Source of the DNA: Trichoplax sp. H2
Lineage: Eukaryota
DNA: 64,000 bases
NCBI GenBank assembly: GCA_003344405.1
Contig: NOWV01000032.1
Coordinates: 496,001 to 560,000, forward strand
Direction: 5' to 3'
Shown: in pieces, positions 13,201 through 28,700 of the stretch
Layout of the letters: each line of letters starts with the position of its first letter
Numbering within the stretch: the first letter of the stretch is position 1
The notes under the pieces: generated by a model
Database searches by the model: none
The model's input: the letters and a program-made list of their open reading frames with translations, nothing else
Told to the model about the DNA's origin: nothing
Program-made: the position numbers and the translations under genes

Positions 13201-13902
13201 TTCATTGGTAATCATATTCTATGAATATTAGAGTAAGTCAAAGAAAGTTGTAGTAATGGCGTAATACGATTGCACAAATCAATTAATTAAGTTGTAGTAA
13301 TGGCTTTATCAATAAGATATTATGATGGCTTGCCCTATTATTGGAAGAGAACTCTGGCGATAACTTCGACCAATAATTGAGTGAAATTCTTGATCGTCTT
13401 CATCTAAAATTGTTGCGATTTTAAGTGTTGGAAGACCTATAATATAATAGCGACAGAAAATTTCTGAAGGTATTACGGTTATTATTGTCTCCTAATCATA
13501 CAGAGTATTACAGCGGTTATTTTATCTGTCTTCATGAAGCTCTAGGAACGAAGTAGTAAGTATAACACAGTTACAAGATTGGCATTTAAAATAAATGTGT
13601 TTACTTTTTCGTTTTTTATTATACTTGGAGTATTCACGTTATAATTTATCAATTTTGTAAGAACACACTCTATTGTGAGCAAATATGTATGCCATGAGTC
13701 GGTATCCAGGAATACTGGGTACCTTAAGTACTTTTGTAAAACCAATGTAATCATAAATTTTAAACTTTATGCTTTAAATTTTTCTCGTTAGACAATAAAT
13801 TGTGTTATTATTTTATCAAAACTTTACAATAATAGAGTGGTACTAAAATTTATGATTATAGTTTAGCATAATACCTTCCTTAATATTGGTTATCTCTTCC
13901 AT
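10268..13902 (-). CDS. Uncharacterised multi-exon gene (orphan; ~240 aa in the minimal model)
   Basis: Phase-compatible model: 13902-13875 (MEEITNIKE), 13436-13334 (GC donor), 12072-11987, ~10976-10898 and 10685-10268. The last exon contains the 128-aa ORF MPHSVSLSALQG...SSY*. No family recognised, and additional exons are possible. Confidence 0.45.
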
Positions 13903-14362
13903 GATTAAATTTAAAATTTTTTAACTTCAGTTGGTAATAACTCGTGCAGTACCGTACCAACCGGATAATTAGATCTGTACAATTTATTATAATGTAATTT
14001 AATACAATCGCGTAGAGAAAATACGTTTGATAGTGACGGGACAGTGGATGCTCTGGCTTAGCTTACAACATTAGCTTTTCATCTTCGTTTGAGAAGGTGG
14101 CTTGTAGATGATTTTTGTAGAAATATTAAAGTCTGTACGCTCATGGTGAATACTGATAACTGAATAACTATCAACTTTATCGTATTCGTATGTGTAATAA
14201 TGATATTACCAGCCCCAAAATAATAATGTTACGGTGATTCACTGTTGATAATAACAATAATTATATCATTATTAATCTAGTCGAAAGTTCAAAATGCGCG
14301 TCGTAACAACACTGGACACCGAGCCACATCACTACTACCGTAGTGCTGCGTAATGATGTTGT

Positions 14363-14376
14363 GTATCCATGGATAC
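14363..14376. promoter_or_regulatory. RFX X-box-like perfect palindrome GTATCCATGGATAC
   Basis: 14-bp perfect palindrome that fits the GTNNCC-AT-GGNNAC X-box pattern, ~220 nt upstream of the tectonic ATG. Confidence 0.65.
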
Positions 14377-14388
14377 GAGCTACCCCAC

Positions 14389-14460
14389 ACAGTACATACT
14401 GTACTGTATTTTATTGTAAGGCCACGCATGTACTGTACTGTACTGTACTGTACAGTACAA
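14389..14460. repeat. (TACTG)n array in the orphan/tectonic divergent promoter
   Basis: GTACTGTACTGTACTGTACTGTACAGTAC. Confidence 0.85.
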
Positions 14461-14594
14461 TATATTTATGATTTTACTCCTAACTTTTGTGTTCTGTAAG
14501 TCTGCGAGAGTTCAAAACTACGGCATGAGAAATTGATCTAGATATTTTTTTAGCCATTAAAAAATTCAGACAGCGTATAACATTGATAAAACAA

Positions 14595-16484
14595 ATGCGT
14601 TTAAGCTTCACTTTCAGCGTTTTACTAACAATTAATTTTTGGTTCATTCTGTCCTTGGCTCAAACGAATGGCACAACGGAACCCCCTACTTCAACAGCAG
14701 TGACAACCGGGACCTCTTCAACAAGTTTACTGCTTAATTCTGCTATCGGAGCGTGCAACTGTGATTTAACCAGAGATAATTGTGATGTCAATTGTTGTTG
14801 CGATCCTGACTGCAGCGCTATTGATCGAGCAACCTTTACAACTTGCACTGTTGCAACACCAACAAACGATGGAAGTCGAAGCTGTGTTGCTACTGGCGTA
14901 ATTTTCATATCTAATACCCCAACCTACAGAACAATTATTGATAATGGGCTATTCTGCGTTTACATTGATAATAATGCTGCAAGAAATTATTACGAAATCC
15001 CAAGACAGGTGCAAGATAACGTGACATTTAATGCTTTAGCATCTAAATATCGTAGAACATTTACACCACAAGCTGCGTCGGTCGCCACAACAACGTCATA
15101 TTATAGAGTCGGTGATAGACTAAAAGTTATCTATAACGATAGCGTCGTTGGCATACTTAGTCTACCTAAGCCATTATTTTCAGATATTTGTGATGATAAC
15201 AATCCAGCGTTATTTTATGTAAACGATGTTAGTGAGTGTAATCGTCATATTAAAGATTTTAATCGGGAATGCTCATCGTTTAGTTTCCTATCCGCTGGTT
15301 CGTACTTTCAAAATATCCGTGTTGCTAAACTTCCATCAGCTTTAAATACGAGCGGTGGGGTAGTTTTTAGCAATCCTGATGATTTGATCAATATTAATGT
15401 ATCAACATCTATTTTATGTATTGATGTATCAACCGGATTTTCATCACCATGTCCGTATACATTTGCTCCTTCTCCGACGTACCACAGCAGCAATAACACA
15501 TGTTCAAATGTGCTAAAAGAACTGAGTTATGATATTGTAACTAATGGTACGCGTGGAATAGTTAGCCTATCTGTGACTTTAACTTTAACAAGTTTAAATG
15601 CTGCTAATATAAATTCAACGTATTTTCGTCAAAAATTTTCTGTTAGTTATACAAATAATGGTAACGCAAATACATTTAGGCGATCTGGTAATCCTGGTTA
15701 TGTAGTTAACCAACCTCTGCTCGCTGGAAAGCTAGGCACTAATACAGCTAATAATCAAGTTATACTACTCGGTAGTAGCTCAAATGGCCTGTTTACAGTA
15801 ATATCACCGACTGCCTCTGGTTCTTGCGTTAGAAAGCAAATCAATAGAACTCCAATTCGATTTGGAATTAACATGAGAAGTGGATGTGCTCTGAGAGTTG
15901 AATTGAATAATTTGACTAGTGACTGTCAACTTATTCGAGAGCAGATAATAAATACATTGATTGGAGCTGAAGCGCCAACATATGTAGCAACATATGGAAA
16001 TTCAGCAGTAGAAAATATTAGCGATTGGGTTGCAATCTTAAGGCAAAATGTGCCTCAGACTTCGCTAAATACATTGACAGGTTCATCTGGTATTTGTCCA
16101 AACGTAGTGATGGGGATACATATCCAGATTCTTTGGGCATATACCGGTTCGCTTGCCAATCCGCAAGCTAAAATTATTGGAATCTCTACTTCGTATGATG
16201 ATCCTCAAAGTTTAGCTTATCAATGTGTTGGCGTATCATGCCAATCTTCTTCAGGAATCACTCAGCATTTTGAGATAACAACAACCGTTTCTTTTATTGA
16301 CGTATCGGAGAAACCAGGATCTCAACTAAGATCGCCACCTAGACTAGAGGTGAAAATGCCATATGACTTTTTTTATCCATTTCTTAGTTCTTCCGTTAGT
16401 TGTAACTGCAATCGAATAATTTTTGCTTTGGTTACCGTAGCTGCTATGATCTACGAACGATCATATGATAGCATATACTTCTGA
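14595..16484 (+). CDS. TCTN1: Tectonic family protein (ciliary transition zone), single-exon CDS
   Basis: ~629-aa uninterrupted ORF with an N-terminal signal peptide, CNCDLTRDNCDVNCCCDPDC, RSGNPGYVVNQPLLAG, PIRFGINMRSGC, GSLANPQAKI, MPYDFFYPF and a hydrophobic C-terminus. Assignment to TCTN1 versus TCTN3 is uncertain. Confidence 0.92.
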   Translation: MRLSFTFSVLLTINFWFILSLAQTNGTTEPPTSTAVTTGTSSTSLLLNSAIGACNCDLTRDNCDVNCCCDPDCSAIDRATFTTCTVATPTNDGSRSCVATGVIFISNTPTYRTIIDNGLFCVYIDNNAARNYYEIPRQVQDNVTFNALASKYRRTFTPQAASVATTTSYYRVGDRLKVIYNDSVVGILSLPKPLFSDICDDNNPALFYVNDVSECNRHIKDFNRECSSFSFLSAGSYFQNIRVAKLPSALNTSGGVVFSNPDDLININVSTSILCIDVSTGFSSPCPYTFAPSPTYHSSNNTCSNVLKELSYDIVTNGTRGIVSLSVTLTLTSLNAANINSTYFRQKFSVSYTNNGNANTFRRSGNPGYVVNQPLLAGKLGTNTANNQVILLGSSSNGLFTVISPTASGSCVRKQINRTPIRFGINMRSGCALRVELNNLTSDCQLIREQIINTLIGAEAPTYVATYGNSAVENISDWVAILRQNVPQTSLNTLTGSSGICPNVVMGIHIQILWAYTGSLANPQAKIIGISTSYDDPQSLAYQCVGVSCQSSSGITQHFEITTTVSFIDVSEKPGSQLRSPPRLEVKMPYDFFYPFLSSSVSCNCNRIIFALVTVAAMIYERSYDSIYF

Positions 16485-17234
16485 TTATTTCGATTTCGAA
16501 AATAATTTCCTCCAGACAAACTTCAGAGATGGTGCTTAAATCATACGAATTGGTATTAGCATAATCTATACCCACTAAGAAGTTATGTCTTTTAGAGTGC
16601 TACTCTTCGTATGAGCCTTTGCCGGCATATATGTATTCATTTTGCGCATTAATTTTACTGTGCTCATTTGTAAAATTCTTTTTATCAAATTGTAAATCTG
16701 AGAGGTACATTGTTCGTAAGTCTTACTTAAATGTTTTATTGTTTATCGTATTATAAAGAGCTTTCGTGTAACGATTGCTGTCATCATTGTGGCGACTTTC
16801 TAACTGTAACCCGGGTGAAATTAATTAAGACAATTAACTTGTCTTAGTGGATTATAACCATTAGGTATATAAGATCAATTTTTTAACGTAAAGCATTACA
16901 TATCATAAATTGAGAGAATAGTAGCATATATCTCCGTAACTCTGATAATTTGTAATGAAAAAATTTCTCGTGTAGATCAATTCATATCGAACGACAGTAT
17001 AGGTTTGTTCATTGTAAATACGAAATGAATTGGTACCGCTACTGTCTATTCCAGTACAAAAACTTAATTTCATTAATAACTCCTAACAACCAAAATGTAC
17101 GATTATTTATTTAAAATAATATGATCTAATTTCTTCTTAAATCGTTATCCTTCCAAACCAAGTTGTAATACAAGGTTAGTTTTAATAACGGACTGCCTTT
17201 CGTTATGTATGTAATTGTCATTTTCGTACGAAAA

Positions 17235-21719
<4,485 letters not shown>

Positions 21720-21892
21720 TCTCCTAAATGATTTCCTTTCCAGTAGTAATTTGCTCTTATACAGTATCTACACTATGTCAGCGCCGAGAAGACACTTGAA
21801 TAAAAGTTTAGTTTGTTGCGTAGCTGTACTTACCAGAGACTGACATTAGTACCATTTCATGGAATACTAAATTCACCGCTCACCGGTGAATT

Positions 21893-22183
21893 TAGTACTG
21901 TAGTCCTTAGTACTGTACTGTACAGTACACGCTTTTTTGTGGTTACCCAGATAACTGTACAGTACAGTACAGTACAGTACTGTGCTGTACAATGTACTGT
22001 ACTGTACTATGGTGTATTGAACAGTTAAATTAACCCGCTACTGCATTTAAAGCACATACTGTACACACTGTACAGTACAGTACTGTTCACTTGTAGAGTG
22101 CGTAACGATAATCACAGGACTGTGCAGTATGCAGTACTGTATTGTGCTCAATATCACAAGTACTGTACGTATTGTACAGTACG
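21893..22183. repeat. (CAGTA/TACTG)n array in the ALAD/PHPT1 divergent promoter
   Basis: GTACAGTACAGTACAGTACAGTACTGT and related runs. Confidence 0.9.
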
Positions 22184-22244
22184 ATGCTGCTGATTATGCT
22201 GAGTCGGACGGAACTGCCGTTGCAATTTTAAGGCTTCCCTCAAT

Positions 22245-23390
22245 ATGGCGAACTCGGCTGAAGTTGATGATAAAAATTATCATATATTAAATTCTTTTAC
22301 TGATGTAGATATCGATGAAAGTGGAACCTTCAAGTATATACTAATAAAATTGACGGACAGAAGATCTAGTTCATCCAAATTTATTGTTCGCGGGTATTCT
22401 TGGGCGAGCTATCACGGTATGTGAGACTGTACTTGCAGCTGTTATGCTGTATTTTCAGCCATAGTATGTCCGATTGTCAACGTTAATCTACGGTGTAGTG
22501 ATCATCATTTTGCGATACGGCATTTCTATGCAGAATATTTAGCTTGATTGGTGCTCGGTTCATTTCTCCATTTAATCATTCATTCACAAGACTTTACAGG
22601 GTATTCGCAATGTGCTGCACCGAAATATGATTTATATTACTGTACTTCTAGGTAAAATTTATGCTATACTGTACACGTACAGTATGTTCAGCTACTAGAT
22701 CAACTTTCCCATACTTGACCAGTGCGTCCAAATTTGACTCTTCCTTGTATTTGATTCGCAGTAGCACAGTTTCGATCTTAGTTTGCTCTACAATGCGAAA
22801 GGCTACATTAACGACCATAAAAATTGAAGCTAAGGTCCCATGAATTCTATGTAGTTGAATAGTTCATGTTATAGTAAAATGCAAAATTAATCTTACACTT
22901 TATAAATATTTAATTTGTGATAAATTATCGAAAATTTCTAGTACTTCGCATGTGACATACTACAGTATTACTATTATTTATGTTATGTAAGAGAGCATTA
23001 AAACTCTTTTCGTTTAAAGGTATCAGCATTTATATACCAGTATAAATTGATATGCGTATAATATATTATCTATTATTCCAGCTGATATTTTGGATAGGTT
23101 GACAGCTTCCTTCGAAGCGGCTAGCTTAACTGTAGAATGTGTTGGTGGAGGCAGAATCCGGCGTAATGAGAATGAGATTCTTGTATATGGATATTCTACG
23201 GTATCGCTATAATTTAATTTAGAAATTGCACGCATCTCGCCGTTTTAAATCTTTTTAAAATTCCGTACTGGAAGATACGCATTTTTTATTCATGTAGGGA
23301 TTTGGTAGAGCGGATCATACAATAACAGCGGAAAGGCTAAGAAAGGCTTTCCCTACTCTTAAAATATCTTATTCAAATGATGGTTACTAA
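22245..23390 (+). CDS. PHPT1: 14 kDa phosphohistidine phosphatase (Janus/ocnus family)
   Basis: Three exons: ...[16 protein letters not shown]...[18 protein letters not shown]...ECVGGGRI...[15 protein letters not shown]...ISYSNDGY*. Confidence 0.95.
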
Positions 23391-23976
23391 CATGAATTAA
23401 TAAATTTTTTTGAGAGCGTAACAAAGAACTGATGTATATTACTGTATTCGTAATTAGAATACGCAAAGTAGCCTGGCTTTTAGCGTAAACATTGTAGCGT
23501 GTTATATGGGTTAGATACAAACTAACGTGGAGTTTAAATTATGACAATAAAATTAGAATATTATGGTACACGCACTGTCTTAAAATTTAATCTTAACAAT
23601 GTGTTAGGTAAACTTACAAGGCCAATTCATTACCTACCACAAACTGTTAACTGGTATACAGTATGAAGCAGTAATTGACCATTAGATATTATTCACGATT
23701 TTTCGTATAATTAACAATAAATATCTAGTGATTGTAATCTATTTCAAATATTCAACAGGATTACAGTGTAGTTTGTATAAGTTTGATCGCCACGTTGCAT
23801 GAAAAGTAGATGAACGCGGATAAGGTAATCCCTTAGCAGAAGTGGACAATTATACAAGTTGGCACATAAATAAATACAACGTGAGCAAACCAGAATTCAA
23901 TGTAAAATTTGCCATTAACGTGAGAATAGCATTCTTAATTCACTTAGCTAACACCACATAATGGTATTTATATCAT

Positions 23977-24734
23977 TTAAGTCAGATTTTTCTTCTTGCG
24001 GGTTTCAGTAGCAATATTTTGATGCAATTTTTCAAGTCTATCCTAGAATGATTCAAGTGATAATTTAGGGAAACTAGAAATGCAATATCAAGTTTGCTAC
24101 TAGTATGGCATACCTTAATCAAAGCTATACTTGTATAAGAACTATATCTTAGTTAATATGCTCACCTTAGAGTTCTGGAGGATCGTATTGACACTAGAGA
24201 TTTTGCGCTTCGCTAATTGTAATTTTTTTATGTAGGAGTCTAGAGGTATAGGGATGTCCTGCAACTTATGAAGTTCTCTTAAATCTAAGAGATAATGATT
24301 TATTTATTTAATCAAAGATACATTCTGTAGTGATTTCGTTTTAGGCGTTGGTAATTATTAAATGAAGCGTTCTTACCAACAATCAATCTTAAGATATTTT
24401 CATCCAATAGTGACTGCGTAGCCCTTTTTTTTACAATAAGCAGGTTTAGGTGAAATATGTCACTGTGTACCCTTAATACTATAGCTCGTGACCGGATTAC
24501 AGTAAAGTACAGTACTGTATACACGATTTTTATCGATTACTGTAATTATAGTTATCGCTACAATTGCAAGTTATAATCAGTTAAATTAACTTATTGCTAG
24601 CTGAGTTTCAATTTTTGTTACCTAACGTTTTCCAATTTGCCGTTTAAACGTTCCAGGATTGGATGCAATAAATTAAAAATGCCATCGGATAGGTTATCGT
24701 GACGTTCTAACGCATCATTTTTAGAGGCGTCCAT
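23977..24734 (-). CDS. SNAPIN: Snapin (BLOC-1 / BORC subunit)
   Basis: Four exons: MDASKNDALERHDNLSDGIFNLLHPILERLNGKLENVR|ATQSLLDENI...|...PLDSYIKKLQLAKRKISSVNTILQNSK|DRLEKLHQNIATETRKKKNLT*. Compare human 'LDPYVKKLLNARRRVVLVNNILQNAQERL'. Confidence 0.88.
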
Positions 24735-24867
24735 GCTACAGCTGCTAACTTTCACCTTGCAGTCACGCAGCTTTTAGGTACGTACAGACGGTACAGTAGA
24801 GTAGAGTAGAATTCAAAGTGGGTTTTTTTACTCGTAGGGACTAGAAGTTCTACAGTATTAGTGTGAA

Positions 24868-25205
24868 ATACAGTACAGTACTCTACTAAATTGCGACCCT
24901 GGTGAAATCAAGTATCGTAAATCATTCCAAATCAGATTTAATTTAATTTAATACTGAAGGGGCATATTACTGTACAGTACACTATACAGTTTGTACTAAA
25001 CAGTGTAGTAGATTACAGTACAGTACAGTACTGTACAATATTTGTTCCTAATCCCGTATACAGTACTGTATTGTACACTACAGTACAGTACTGTACAGTA
25101 CAGTACCGTACAAATTTTTGACTGCGTCACAGACTAACTGTACAGTACAATGTATAGTATAGTAGATACTGTAGAACGATATGTGTAGACACAGTGTAGT
25201 ACAGA
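24868..25205. repeat. (CAGTA/TACTG)n array in the SNAPIN/DBR1 divergent promoter
   Basis: CAGTACAGTACTGTACAGTACAGTAC runs. Confidence 0.9.
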
Positions 25206-25741
25206 TCCAGATTAAGAATTTTAAAGTTAAAGAAGATGGAATATTAAAAACTACTAATTTATCCGCTCTTTCCGATCTTACATTGACGATATTAATTGTG
25301 TAACACTGCAAAATCTCCTGTGTATACGATCTAACCTATGCGAAGCCTTCCCGCTTTTAAGAGGTGTGCGTATGCTTCTGCTTGATTACTACTGATAATT
25401 ACTACTGATAATTAATTACCGTATATAATTAGTACTGTACTAGAAACCTCTGCATTATATATAAATAAATACATTATACATAATATATTTATGGACTGCT
25501 TTGGCCCTAAGTTATAATATAATTTATTTACCGCGCCCGGAACCTGATATAGAGTGTTAAATCTCTATTTAGCGGGTTATCAGCTGTTTATTAGTATGGA
25601 CATGGACCGACTGTCTTTTAACCTATGCTTTTCACACTACTTAAGTACTTTATGCACGAATTGCTAATTCGCTTTTATACGAATTAATTCAAACTTATAA
25701 TAATAAATTCTAGTTTATATTCGAAGACCGTTTTGAAGAAA

Positions 25742-28700
25742 ATGAAGGTAATCATTTGTATTAGAATACTGTCCCCAGTGACTCATGGAAGTGACAACGA
25801 AATGGCTAATGTTTATTATTTCGGTACTGCATATCGTATAAACATTGATCTATCATATCTGCTGCATGTGCTACAGATCGCAATTGAGGGTTGCTGTCAT
25901 GGAGAGCTGGATAACATTTATGCTACATTAAGGCACATGGAATCGACGAAAGGAATAAAGATTGATTTATTAATCTGCTGTGGAGATTTTCAGGTGTTTG
26001 AAGTTTAAATGGTCTTCTATGGTTTATTGATGCTTATGGGTTTGTCATTTAATTTTTTAGTAATTTAGCAGTCTTTGCATCTTTGCTAGCCTTTAATTAA
26101 GTACTGTACATTTACAGTGCTTGTGATGCTGTCTGTACTTGTAGGTAGTTTTTTGGTCGATTACTGTAATTATATTAATTATAATTCGACTTGTAATCGC
26201 GTGTTCAATTTCAATAATTCTATTAAGCTCATAAATTAATTAGCTTCGCCTTCTTAGCTTATTTTAGAGATCTGGTGATCTTTAGTTTGTATCCCGTGCA
26301 TTAATTAAATGTAGTAATTATAACAGTTGTTACCAATCTTGTAACTACAGTATACGTATCATATAAAGGATAATGCAATACCCAGCATTTAGTATTGGTA
26401 TAAGGGAGCAGTATTGGTTGTACAGCAATCAGCAATATAAGAGAATCAATCAATGCTTGTACCATATGCACTGTATGTCAGTATATCAACTAATCAACAG
26501 TAATAACTAGAGTTTATAACCCATTGACTCCAAGCAGACCATGACGGAGTGGAGAAGCTATGCACAATTTACTAATGAGTGAATTGTTACTATCCGCAAC
26601 CCTTCCTCCGTTAAAAACCCCGTCTTTAATACCCTCGATGATGGATTATACCGTAGGGTGTCTGCAGAATTTACAGTAAACCTGCCTAACACTTGCAAGT
26701 CCTAACCATAGAGGTTCTTCCCTATGGTTCTAACGTAGCTATTATATGTCAATATTTCATATGTGACATAAAACGTTAAAATAGGCTTGAAGTTAACTTA
26801 AATTTACATCTCTATATTTAATGATCTACCGCCACATACGTTGCAATTCAGATACTACTAGTACAAATTCACGTCGCTTTGCTGACGGTTTACGATAATG
26901 TACTTATTTGTTAATAATTAACAGATAGTATTACCATTCGACATTATTTATATCCTGGTAATAGCCAGGCACTACTATATTCACAGCTATGCTGGTAGAA
27001 TACTACTTTTCAATAATGACTTCACGGATGAAATGCTATATTAAGATTAGTTAATGGTCCAAAGCACATTATGATAACTAATGTACGGTAATGGACATAC
27101 CAAGTTAAGATTAGCAGGTACTGTATATCTACAGTGCGGTACAATGCCCTTCGTACTGTGGTCAATTCTATACCAATCATATAATGTGTCTAAGGATCGC
27201 TTGGGTATGCAAGCAAAGCTTGCTCTGTCGATAGTAACCGTTATAAGAAAATGTAACAATCAAAATGGCTGTGTAGAAAACTCTATAAAGATTCTATGCT
27301 TATTCAATTTTCATCAGAGTATTACATGAAATCAAAATTTAAAGGCCCAGTGGCTACCCTTAGCGATATAGCGAATACTATTTTTATAATCAGTACTCTG
27401 CAGAAATTACTACCTTAGAGCTATTCGTTTTACATGAAGAAATGTTGAGGTAAAAAGTACTGTAAGAATCTTATACTGACCTATTTAAGTTAAGTGAAGA
27501 TATCATATGCACGTAATTAGCTTTATTAGCTGTTTCAATCCGACAGTGATGCTATGCTCGTAAACCCTTTCTAAAGTTGGTCAATAAATTCTTAAGATAC
27601 AGTGTGATGATTTCTTTGTAAGGAGAGCATGCCATGGTACTGTACAGGCATAGAGAATATCTGATTCAACTATCTATACGACTAAACAGTTTTAGGGATA
27701 GTATGAATTATGTATAGATATTTATGTATCAGGACGAACTTAATCTAAATAAGATTACAAATGTGCTGTGGATAATATTTAATTTGAAATTTTCTACCTT
27801 TATTTGCATTCTGCGCAAGGCGGTTCGAAATCAGGCGGATTTGCATAGCATGGCGGTTCCGACTAAATATCGAAAAATGCAGTCGTTTCATAAGGTATAT
27901 AAGAGTTGTAGTACATTATATTGTACTGTCGAATTGCTGAAAGATTATATTGTACTGAAGGTTTGCATCAGCTTACTGTAGTATCCGTACGTTTTCTATG
28001 TGTACAATATGAAGCTACATTTTAGAGGAGAAATCGTCTCTTTTAAATTGGTGTCAAAATTTTGATTGTTACTATTTCCGTGAATTTATGATCAAATGAC
28101 ACTATGTTAGATGTAGAATGTATAAATTTGTTAATTTTTAGATAAACCAGTTCTTTCTGCGTGCAAGCACTGTACACTTAAAGTCGAAATCCTGCGCAGC
28201 TACAGATTTGCGCTCCATAACACAAACAAACTTTACCAAGTGAAATCTTGAAAAATAAACACTGCTTAAATATAAATCTAGTCCTGGAGCAATTATTTGG
28301 AGTTTATTCTTGCAAGTGATGTATTATTGTTCGACAGTGTATGCAAAATTATATAACTTAAAGTGAACATTTACTATATTTACAGTATTATTCTGGTGAA
28401 AAAGTTGCCCCCATTTTGACGGTATTCATTGGTGGTAATCATGAATCTTCATCGTATCTTTGGGAGCTGTTAGATCTATAATAATAATAAATAATCAATC
28501 ACATTTTAAGATTTTTGTAGTTCTTAACGGTGGCTATCATTGTTCATTGTGCTATGCTATTTTCAGACCTTACGGAGGCTGGGTGTGCCCAAATGTCTAC
28601 TACTTGGGATATGCTGGGATGGTCTCTTACAAGGGTTTACGGATCGGAGGAATTTCAGGGATTTATAAAAAGCATCATTATCATTTAGGTAAGTTTTAAC

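Noticed and set aside
14660..15499. Antisense ORFs inside tectonic (and similar ones opposite RPS18, SPCS2, netrin and TRPA exons)
   Set aside because: These are shadow ORFs of real coding exons on the other strand.
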